64,000 bases of DNA from Pocillopora damicornis (lineage: Eukaryota). Made by a program: the position numbers and the translations under genes. The notes beneath the pieces were generated by a model. It saw nothing but the letters and a program-made list of their open reading frames with translations, was not told where the DNA came from and did no database searches. The stretch spans positions 124,001 to 188,000 of the forward strand of contig NW_020846686.1 in NCBI RefSeq assembly GCF_003704095.1, in the 5' to 3' direction. This document shows positions 13,132-24,353 of this stretch, piece after piece; within the stretch, counting starts at the first letter, position 1, and each line of letters starts with the position of its first letter.

Positions 13132-16100
13132 TTTAATAGGTCGAATGGGTTTCGCCACTTCTTAAAATAATATTATTGAATATATTTCCTCTTTAAAATC
13201 ATTTGGAGAAAGCAGGGACATTGTCTCTACGAGACGGAGGGATAGTACGGAATAGAGAGAGTGGGAGTATTTAATTCTAGACGGGAAGGGTGGTTAACTC
13301 AGTTCGACTGCTAAAGGCTGGGAAAGAAGGGGAAGGGGAATTTCCCTATGACAACGATCGCATTTTGAGCTCGAATTGAACTTTCTCCTTTTCCAGTCCT
13401 ATCTAAACCCGCCATGCTCGCAGGTTGGTTTCTAAGATAAACTTTGATTAGACTGAACTTTGATTTTACATCAGTGATAATTGAATTCAAATGATTGAAT
13501 TCGCAAGAAATAATGTTTGCAGTGCTTTAAATTTCCATGAATGTTGTGTCACCTTCATTTAAACTTTGGTTTCCCCATATTTTATATTTACTTTAAAATA
13601 AATTCTGCCGTTGAGGTTACAGTTAATGAAGCGACATTATGCAAGTCAACGTATTTAAAACATTGTGACTTATTGGCTTGTGTGGTTGTTTGTAGCTCGT
13701 GTAGAGCAACTTGGTTATGATTCGTTCGTTCGCATGTGCGCAGACATTTGATTGTTGTGTTAGCCCTCAACACATGGTACAAGCAGACCGCTTGCAACTC
13801 GAAGTTTAGGGGGGGGGGGAAGAAACCATACTGAGTAGTCGCAATTAACAACAGCATTTGCGACTTCTTATCACCTTGCAGAGCAGCTATACTAGTAGCA
13901 AAAGCTATGTCAATGGGAAGAAATAGTTTTGATAATTTTGATCCAAGTTTGTGGAGACAGTTATTTTACGTTTCAACAAGGCTGTTTTTCCCGCCATGTT
14001 TGACGCCCGACCGCGGCCGGCACAAAGTTCCCGGGAAATCACTGAACTGTGCCTTTATGCGTTCAGACTTGTAGTTAAATTTCTGCCCCCTTAAAACATC
14101 AAAAGTTCCACAGTTTGCGTTACATAGCCGCCCCCCCTCCCCCGCTTCAAAGGAAAAGCCAATTAACCAAAGCATGGCGGTAGCGTGGGCCTAGAGGAAA
14201 CAAAGGAGGTATTCTGTGCAGAACAGAGTGGGTCACGATTTTGGAGGCCTGACTTGAGAACTGTTATTGCTATCTCCTTTGGCCAATAGTCACTGAATAA
14301 TCAACGTTGCTTTTGAAATGAAGGAACATCTGGAGATACCTGCAAATTACCGGTTCGTGAAACTCCAGCGCCAAATTATCAACACTATCACTGCTTGTGC
14401 TCCAAACCGGATGCAAAAATTATTATAGAGATTAAAAAGAATATCATCAGATCTATATTTATCATAGTCCTCCTTTTAGTTCTAATGTTATAACTGGTTA
14501 GCTATTCTTACACCAAATGATCTTCTTTCTTTGACTTATACAGCGGGTACCAGCCAATAGCTTGTTGATCCAAATTCCAAAATGAAGTCATTAAAAACAG
14601 CCTCTTTGTGAACCAACAAGTACATTACGGCCTAAATTTCACAGAAAAATGTATAAACATCAAATAACACCCAGAGGTAAAGAGTCTTCTTTAAATATTA
14701 TCTCTGAAAACCTTGAAGTCTGAAATGCTTGAATAATATATTAGGACAGTGTGATTTATGATAGGACCTGTGATCTTTTGTTCCCTCTGTGCTGGTATCG
14801 GTCAGTCGCTAAATCTACTTCCGGTGATTAGTTGTAGTCCCAGTTTGGTGTATGCGTGAACCTCAGTCTACACAAGGGATATGATGTTTGGTGATTTGAG
14901 TATCTAGAGCGGAAAGGTAAGTTTTCATACAGCTGTCAAGTCTTGTCACTTAGTGGTCAAATGAGCGCTTCTTTTGCAATATTCTTACAACACTTATAGA
15001 CTTACATTTGAGAAACTATCGGTACGAATTGTCTCTAATTCTTTGAGAAGCTAAGCGAAAAGATTCAAATACGTATTCAAGTGGCTCTCTAACAGAACAG
15101 AGATTAAAAACTGGTTATTCGTAGGATTCAGTGAAATTATTGGAAGGCTAAAACATTACTTGGTCTCTCTTGTTTTTCTGAGTTCATATTATGAAGCATA
15201 ACATGGAAACAGGCTTGGATTGGGCTCCCACGTGTTACAAGTAAATGAATGAATGAATGAATGCATGGTCGTAAATAAGACAGCTAAAAACGCGGGAATG
15301 TTTCACTGGTTCCAGATTTTGTTGTGTTATTTGCTACTGACTGTTCAGTGCACTCTCTCCATTCTACATCAGCGGTAAGATATTGGGTGGACCTCGATAC
15401 ACCAATCGAACTAACGTTACGGTTATAAGAAACGATGGAAGAGAGTATGTTATGAATTGGGTAATGTTAACTGATCAATGTGGTTGACGGTCACCCATAC
15501 GAAACGGTGCTGTAACAATAAAGCGACTTATAAATTCTGAAGCCTGTATCCAATAGTTACGCCACTAGTAAGCATAACGCTATCAGAATGTTTTCTAGCA
15601 TATTACAGCGGCGAGGATCCGTAGACGATTAAACACCGCAATGTGTTCAATGTCATCATATCATAATTATGTTATTTACTACGTTTCCATTGTAGGTTGA
15701 ACAAAACCTAACTCTTTTTTCAAGGTCATTCAGCAATCTTGCCTTTCCAATTGTAATGTATCCAAAGTAATAAATTGCAATAAGTAAAAACTGCTCTTTT
15801 CAGAATCAAAACGATTCTTTTGACAGAAGAGTTACAGCTAGGACTTGTTAAAATTTCAAATCCACTCGGTCGGTATTTGGACACTGAATAGGACTAATTG
15901 ACTTACTCCATTTTAAAATCTAAATGACTCAAGGGATATGTGTACTCCCTCTTTAGAAAGCTCTGCCTTTTTTTCAGAGGACGTTTGAATCGCACCTGCT
16001 GCGGAAAAATAACCAAGCCTTTAGCTTTCGGAAATTCTAATGTTCGCTCAGCTAACAACTGCAGACTACTGCACCTACCATCAAAAACTATTTTTAGCTT

Positions 16101-19100
16101 CAACGGATGCAACTCCTCTCGAGAACTGAGCCTTAAAAACGATGATGTACGTTAATCATTGAATGTACTCTTGACAATTAAGTTAGCAAGAGGTGCTGTT
16201 GCACCACCAATTATTTTTATGTGGTTGTGTATTTCTAGCTAAGTTTGTGGTCATAAGGGCTTGGATTAGTTCCACAACGGAACTGATAGATACATATTTC
16301 TCCTTATGTAAGCAATTACTAGATGATCCGATAAATCCCATAGGTTCGCAAACAAATCGAATCGTAATGAAATGCAGCTGTGCCTTAGGTCAAATTGAAA
16401 ACATCTAAGGACAAAGTTTATCTTTGTGCACAGACTAAACAGCCGGAAGTCTACTTCAGTCTGCTCAGATGGTAGCTTTGCCATAGGAAATTACGTTAAA
16501 CTTGTACAAACAGGCACATGCATGTACCATTCGTTTTCGTGAAGAAAATATAAATTGAATTTGCATGGAAATTTATTACAGTAGTAAGTATAGCTAGACC
16601 TAATTGTTTTTGGTGAAAAATCGTCAAAAACGGGTATTTTTTTCGAAACAAAGCTGGATTTGTAACACTCAATCCAGGAAAAGTAGTCCTCTTTGGTGGT
16701 AAGGTGACCTTATTGATTTGCCTTTCTAAATTGAACAATTTTCTCACAGACTTATTCGAATTCCGGTATTTGGTCTAAGCCTGCACCCAATTTGGAGTGT
16801 TTGGCTCTTTCTTTCTTTCTTTTTTTGTTTTTTTTTCTTCCCACCAAATGCCTCTTGTTGCAAAATGCATCCCTAATGACCAGGGGGCCAATTGAGTCCT
16901 TCCTCAGCTTTCTAATTTTTTTAATTCAGTGATCTACGGTGGCAAAAGCGAGTAAAAACTTGCCAAGGTCCCGGGCGCAAGTTCCATCTTGACTGTTTGA
17001 TTGCCGCGTAAATATTAAATATTTTGGCGGCCTTCTGCTTGAAGCAAAATCAAATTTTCTTGATTGAAGTATTTCTTTAAATTGTGGCTTGTAAATTGAA
17101 AATCTGTCAGTTTTCACGCAGACGAAAATTTGTCCAGCTCCGAGGCAGGACGAAGGCGCCTCTGAAGATTGGTGAGGCTTGACAAAATTTGATAGGATAA
17201 AAAAATTACTGGGCGCTCTCGTCTGGCTAAACCGGTGACAGATTTTTTTTTTCACAAAATAAACAAAAATTTGTCTAGTGCGCCCTTGAGGTCTAAATTT
17301 TTGTTGAAATCGTCGCAACTGTCATGCAAGGTGTGACAAAAATAAAGATATTAAATGCCCCTAATCAGATTATTTATACTCATAGACCAGCTCTAACGTC
17401 TTACGCAGCGGAGAAGAAGAAACTTTTGTTCAAGATCCAAAAACTTCTGGTCCCTCGGTGGTTCTCACAGCACCCATCGAAAGAAGAAACTATCCCGAAT
17501 TACGTGCCACATTTCAGTTGTGATCTGCAGAAAGCAGATCGATCTCGTGCAGGTTCAAATCACCAACCATATTCGAATCAGTTTTTGCCGAGGACTAAGA
17601 GATTTACCGTCCCATTTACCGGGAGAAATGCTGTTGTTCAGTTAATTTCAGGACTGTTAATATTTTGTTTTGAGACGAGCGGCGAAAAAGCTCAAGTGTA
17701 CTTTATTTGCTGTGACACAAGAGGAGTTTGCGAAGTTCTGTCCACGAGAACTGCTCCCAGTTTATGAATGACATAATTAATTAATGAATGAGTCCGCTAT
17801 TTGCGTTAAAGTTTCATACTAAAAACAAAAGCAATATCAGTTTTCACTTTACGAGCCACAGACATTGACCTGTAATCAGTGCGCGAACAGATATTCAATT
17901 TTACTTATGACATACTGAACTTTCGACTGAGAGGAATCCTTAGAAAAACCGACTGAGAAAGTGTGTTGTTTGTTAAAAGCCGTATATGGACTCTCGTTTC
18001 TGCAGTGATATCATCCTTTGTGTAAAATCTATAAGGAATCGACAGAAATTGCTGGCATGAATTGATGTTAGAAATATTTTTGGCTTGATCGGAAGTGGGG
18101 TGTAACAGCTAGTGAACCATATCCTTGAATCAGTCACGCGATGTTGACAAGGGTTCGCTCAAGTGTCTGTTTTAAAACTGGTTGAAGCTGCGTGCAAACT
18201 GTAAGAAAAACATGTTTTCTAGGATGGAACCTTCCACATCGATGAGTAAGTAGGAATCAGTGACTCTCAGTTGGCTCATTAATTAATTGCGATCAAAATG
18301 TTCTTATTTGCCGGTGTTTGCCGTCCGGGGAAATCGCAAGTGAAATTTAAGAAAACAAATCAAATATTATCCGGAACGCGTTGGGCGGACATGCACAGCC
18401 GGTTACAAATATAGTTTCCCACCAAACTATGTTGTCTGGAATTAGGGCGAGGCTTGGTGGTTAGTAGAATATTTGAAGTGGTGTATGATTTCTACGTATT
18501 CTTGGTTCAAATAACATTCTCGCATTAAACTGTTTTCTCGTTTTCACCTTTTCTTCTTTTCGCCTTTTCGAATTAAGAAATGGTGACACTGATCAGTTTT
18601 CTTCAAGTTCACTCAAATGGCTCTTTGATTCGCAAAGCGGATTATTGTGGCTTTACAAATGCTCCTGATATGAAAAGACATGACATTCGTTAAAATACTG
18701 GTTTGTTTTGTTTTTAACAGCCATGTTTGGACCTGAAATGTGATAACAAAATTCAAATGAGTTTGGACGTGAAATGCGATAGCGATGAGAAAAGGTTTGG
18801 TGGAAGACGTCATCAGGCATACCTCCTTCCAAATAATTTTGTCTTACAATTAACGATTTTTTTCACCTTACCCCGAGTCAGAGAGAGAATATTCAAGTAT
18901 CAATTGGACTAGATGAAAAACACAGAATCACCCTCTTAATCTCTCCTGCTCCTCTTCAATCAAAACACCAGTTGGGTAAAAAAATTGGCATACGTAGATC
19001 TTTGCAATTTCCTGAGACCCTAATAACATTTCTGACATCACTGGAATGAAATAACTATTGTTTTGGTATTGTTTACCTGTCAGCATTGTATTGGTTTCTT

Positions 19101-19175
19101 CGACTAAAGACGATATATAATAGGCTTAGACAATACTCGTGAGGCGCGACACGACGTTAACAAAACGCCTTGAAA

Positions 19176-19246
19176 TGACGTCACCTGGGTTAAAAATAGC
19201 AATTAGCAATTCGGGAACAGGGTGCGCGGAATTGAGAGAATATAAA
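19176..19246 (+). promoter_or_regulatory. DUSP core promoter: CRE, MEF2 site and TATA box
   Basis: TGACGTCA at 19176-19183, TTAAAAATAG (YTAWWWWTAR) at 19190-19199 and TATAAA at 19241-19246; the TATA is ~155 bp upstream of the ATG. Confidence 0.7.
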
Positions 19247-19399
19247 GCGTGAACCTGAAAAAGGTTCATGTGATACTGAAGCCCCGCAAGGGAAAACATC
19301 AGTAAGATTTTCATCGTCAAGTAACAGTTCGTATCTGGTTTGATTTCAGGAAAGAAGAATTAAGGAGCTTATTAATCAATCATTGCGGCGTCAAAGAGT

Positions 19400-22109
19400 A
19401 TGGTTGCAATGGATGAGAATGACTCTGTATGGCCCCTTGCCCCACTCACTTTTGTAAACATGACCAGTTCTCTGAGTCAGAAATGTATAGTTATTGACTG
19501 TCGTTCCTTCTTATCATTTAACGTCGCCCACATCAAAGGATCGCTTAACGTTCACTGCCCTCCTATCTTAAAAAGAAGATTTCATCGTGGATCATCAACG
19601 TTAGATTGTCTACTCAAATCTCCTGAGTTGAAACGAAGGGTTGCGGACGCAGAGACTTTAATTTTGTACGGGGAAGGAACTCAGGATTGGATTGACTTGG
19701 AGAAGGACAATACGATGAAGATACTCCACATGCTTTTGAGAAGAGAGAGAGTAGACAAGACTCTATATTTCATTAAAGGTAAGTTAAGTCAGCGTATAGT
19801 TCAGAACTTTCTTGTAACTCAGTTGAAAGGCCTCTGATAACTATTGTTAGGCCAGCCACGTGTTCCTAAAGTCAATGTGCTGTTATCACTTGATTGTTGC
19901 TCTTGGTGTTTAGGTTGAGAGGTCAAAAAGAGTTATTTATTTTTGAACAATCCCACTGAAGGGCGATGGAAGTGGAAATATCGATTATTTCGCGCTTGAA
20001 TGAAAGCGAGGGAATGTTGTGATGATGAACCACTACAAAGGCGAAGCGTCATTAATGTGTACTACTTGTTTACGTGTGCTGCTCATCATGAATTCATGAA
20101 TGAGCGAGTTTCTTTGTTATTGAAATAAAAGTAAATGAATGAACGTAATGACATCACGTATGACTAGCAGAGTGACTCGCTGGTCCCTATAGAAAAAATT
20201 ATGAATTGAAAACAGTCTTAAATCGAGTTTGTGATAAAGAGGTCGAACATCATTGCGGTTTTCCTTTATAGAATGGGTAATTTTTCCTTGCAATGTTGGG
20301 CTTATTGGTTAGTATCTCCTTCAGTTAAAATTTGATGTTCAAAAGTATTTAAAAGCACGCACAAACATGTTTTCTTTGACGAGCTGTGACGGTACACTCA
20401 GTACACTCAGCTGATTTCTTTTCCTTCCCAAGTTTTTTCTGTGGTTAAATAATGTAGGCGAATACCAGATCTTTCAGTCCTGACGAGCACATTTTCAAAT
20501 CTTCTTAGACTCTAAACTTAACGTTTTCTGTCTAGATAGTGCGTCATGTTCGGCCTCCTAATTTGCAGATAGAGGATATTTCACCGTCACCGCTTTCGGT
20601 GAAGATTGATTTGGTCTAATCCCTAGGACGACCGTTGATGGAGAATTACACGAAGAAACGTCATCGATGCATGAAGAATCGTCACTTTATTGTGTTCGTG
20701 ATTCCTAGCATGTTTTATAATGTTTACAATATTGAGTAAAGCAATGAGCTGCAATTCAGGCAGTAACAGACTGAAAGGAGCCTGATAAAATTTAGGCTTC
20801 GACAGAAATTGCTTAAATTGCAGCTTACCTACGAGGATCATTGCTTTACTTGATTTTCATCTTCAGGTCAAACTAATTTTATTTCATTAAAAAATTTTGA
20901 TCTCTTTCTATAGCACCAATTTTATTGACTGCTGTCTTCCCTTTTTTTTCGTAGGAGGATTTGAAAAATTCGCGTCGTCTTTCCCCTCCATGTGCTACTT
21001 TGCAAATCCCCATGCGGCATCACAAGCATGCTCCAGTCCTCTCGGATTAAAGCTCAAAACGAAAGATTTTAAAAGATTCAGCCCGAGAAACGAGATCGAT
21101 CCTGTCAGGGATTATGCCGAGTCGCGCCCAAATGTGTCAGCCAAGCCAAATGAGCCTGTTGAAATCTTACCACATCTGTATCTTGGAAGCGAATTCCACT
21201 CGTCTCAAAAGGAGCTCCTTCAACACTTGGGTATTACTGCCATAGTCAATGTTTCAAGTAATATTCCGAACTTTTTTGAGGATACATTTGACTACAAGTC
21301 TATTCCGGTTGACGATACTTACACCGCAGATATCGGCCGATGGTTTGAGGAGGCAGCGATGTTTATAGGTAAGAGATTCTTTAAAACGCAAAGTGAGTAT
21401 AATCGATAAAAAGAAACTTCATGGCTCTAAGATCCACGCTTTCCCAAAAAAAATTTATGAAACAAATATTAACATGCTCCTGAAAGTTCGAGCTGGTCTT
21501 TTAGAGGTCAAAACAAGAATCACTGGAACTTCCTTTATATTAAGACAATATAAAAAATCGATCTCTTAAAGCGATCTCGGAGCTTGTCAATTGATAAGCT
21601 TTTGAATAATGAAATTATTGACAGCCAATATCCGTGGTAAGATTTCCTTCAATCAATGTTATTCATAAGAAGATTTCCTTCAATCAATGCATTAAGACTT
21701 AGCTCGTCTAGTCTTTAAATGTATTTTAATTCACCGTTCTCCCTTTTGTCCTCTCATTTCAGATTCAGTGAAGAAATCGAAAGGACGGGTACTAGTACAT
21801 TGCCAGGCTGGGATCTCAAGATCAGCCACTATTTGCCTTGCCTATCTTATAAGTAGACATCAACTCAGGTTGGACGAAGCTTATGAGTACGTTAAGAAGC
21901 GCCGTTCAGTTATATCACCAAACTTTAACTTCATGGGGCAACTGCTTAACTGGGAATCAGAGACTCAGCTTACAAATAGAGTATCGAGCACACACACACC
22001 CACCACTCCCTTTGGATTTTTCAGTTTTTCTCCGTTGCCATGTGGATCCGAAATGACTACCTCTGGTAACAAACAGAATTCACCTGGGCTCGTGACTTCA
22101 CCCATGTAG
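19400..22109 (+). CDS. DUSP1: Dual-specificity MAP kinase phosphatase, DUSP1/2/4/5 (MKP-1) class, 379 aa
   Basis: Exons 19400-19778, 20955-21368, 21763-22109 (1140 nt). Rhodanese domain (VIDCRSFLSFNVAHIKGS) with the KIM ILKRR; PVEILPHLYLGS; catalytic VHCQAGISRSAT; ISPNFNFMGQLL; C-terminal SP sites (VTSPM). Confidence 0.95.
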
Positions 22110-22296
22110 CTCAGTAGCATTAGAGGCAAGAAGTCAAAAGTGACAAATTCTTTGGTTCAACTAAATCTGATTTTTGTATAGAACAAATGGAGAGTGTATC
22201 TGAATTATATTAAATGTACCCATATCCATTATATCAGCCAAAAAAAAACCGTTATGCTCTTTTCTCACAGGACGCATCGTTTTCTCCACAGTCTAA

Positions 22297-22741
22297 TTAT
22301 TTATGGTTTACACAATAGTTTATCTCGTGAATTGCATGTGGTAAAATTGTCGTCACTGTACGCTTTAAAAAATAAAGCCTAGGACGAAATTGAAGTGGAA
22401 AGAATAATATTAAACAAAATAATAAACCGTTTTCTCTTTCACTTTGATGAAGAATATTTTTGTACTTATGCATTAATGAAAAAACAGTTTGTTTCATATT
22501 ACCCAGGTAGTAGATAAAATAAAACAGGCTTATACTTTATGGTGGCAAGAATATAAGTAAGCCGAATTTTGTCAAAAACAGACTTAAAAGAAGAAATACT
22601 TGAAAGATGTGTACGATATATTTATTTATGAATTTAAAAATTTGAAGATGTAAATTTGAAAAGATGTAAGTTATATTAATCATATATTATAAGGTACTTG
22701 ACCAAACACAGATGAATGGCGCCCAAATATGTTTGAATAAA
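22297..22741 (+). promoter_or_regulatory. AU-rich elements and polyA signals in the DUSP 3'UTR
   Basis: TTATTTAT at 22297, overlapping ATTTATTTA at 22620-22628 and ATTTA at 22632. AATAAA at ~22370, ~22421 and 22736. Confidence 0.55.
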
Positions 22742-23564
22742 TTATGAGGAAAATCCTACTATTGCTTGTATTGTAATTGCCATTGACCATTTATAATTTT
22801 TCGCAGTGCAAAGACCATCTATTTGACATTAATTATCAAGAGCAACAAGAGATCACGATGGAATCTCTTGAGAGCAACCAATGTTCAACTTTTCTTTAAG
22901 TAAAGTAACCGTCACAAAGGATGGACATTGTGGCATTTGTCTCGAATTTCTCGGAATTAACATTTTCTTTCTTATTCCGCTTTAGTTAAAGCGTCAAGGG
23001 TTATGGCATCCGCTGATAGTCTATGATAGGCAGCTGCACACCAGAAATAGCTCTCGATGTCAACGTTTTTTGGGCATCTTCTGAGCTAAACAGCCTCCTA
23101 CGATATAGTGAGAACTCACTCAGCATCCAGCGTTTCTGGACAGCATGCTTGAAAACGTAGACCAGAAACCTTGGAAACCAATGAAGGAGTCTTCTTTAAA
23201 GGCTTTTATTGGGGACCATTATCGCGACTTTTCTATCAGAGAAAGAATTGAAAGATTGACTGACTCCTCACTCTTGTCCTGAACTGTCTCAAGTTTCTTG
23301 ACGATTACACGATTTGTCAAAGGACGAATGCCGGTGCGGGCATCATCGAGAAAATGTTTTCTTTGCATTTTCAGTGAATGAAACTATTCCCGAGATTTTT
23401 AAATACTTCGAAAAAAATCCCGCAGGAACTGTTTGTTACCAAAAGTATCTTTAAAAAGCCTTGTTACGGTATTTTCCCACACTGAAATTTTAATTTTATC
23501 TAGTTCAATTACTGCCAGTCACTTGTGTGTGGAGAATTAATAATGCATTTACAAATTTCTAGAA

Positions 23565-24087
23565 CCGCTTTTGTGGAGTTAGGGGCATGTCATCGTGGCC
23601 GAAATGTAGCAAAATTTAATAAAAATATATTCTTATTCGCTAAAAAATTTATTCATGCGTTAAAAAATATCCTTATTCTATAAAATTTTATAAGTGCTTG
23701 GCTTAGGCCTGGTCGCTAAGCAAAACATGACAACGGAAGAGCACACCAAAGAGTCGACCGGTGCTTTGTTAGGTTTTCCCAGCTATTGCTCATCAGCTTG
23801 ACATGTGTGAGTACAGTGGCTTGATCTAATCCGAGTTAACCTTCGAACCATTTTACTATCACATGTCAAGCTGATGGGAAACGGCTGTGAAAAACTAACG
23901 TAACCTCAGTCGACTCTTCGGTCTTCTCTCCCGAACTCTTCCGTCGTCATGTCTGTGCTGTTTGACCAGTCCTTAGCCTGCCACGTGATTTTATCAATCG
24001 AATGAAATATTTTTCTACTAAAAAAAATATTTTTCATCGAATGAAAATATTCACTATAATAGTCTCATACTCTTCCTCTTATTGCGG
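23565..24087. mobile_element. ~520-bp foldback (palindromic) MITE
   Basis: Long imperfect inverted arms centred near 23835: CATCAGCTTGACATGTG/CACATGTCAAGCTGATG, AAGAGTCGAC/GTCGACTCTT, CATGACAACGGAAGAG/CTCTTCCGTCGTCATG. Termini CCGC/GCGG. Confidence 0.75.
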
Positions 24088-24212
24088 AAAATTAAATGAT
24101 AAGAATTTTTTTTTCGGCGGCTTGCCACGCAAACGAAGAGCACTAGTTACCAAGCCAAATACTATCATTTCAAGCGCGCAAGAGCGGAAGGTTGGTAAGT
24201 ATATGTTTTCAG

Positions 24213-24231
24213 CCAATCAATATTCACCACG
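24213..24231 (+). promoter_or_regulatory. ER-stress response element (ERSE, CCAAT-N9-CCACG) in the ERGIC1 promoter
   Basis: CCAAT-caatattca-CCACG has the exact consensus spacing and ends ~120 bp upstream of the ATG. A YY1-like AAATGGCGG lies at ~24243. Confidence 0.7.
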
Positions 24232-24353
24232 TAGAAAATTATAAATGGCGGCAAAAAAATTGCCACTGGGGTAAATATTATCGATTAGCCGTCGTTCACG
24301 GTTCCGTGTGTGGCGATTTTTACGATTGAGTGGTCTAATTTCGCCGGGGAAAT

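Noticed and set aside
16926-17767. ORFs of 130 and 147 aa
   Set aside because: No domain signature or splice context; they look like repeat-derived or chance ORFs.
21639-21689. 20-bp perfect direct repeat in DUSP intron 2
   Set aside because: Only two copies with an 11-bp spacer; a local duplication, not a CRISPR-like array.
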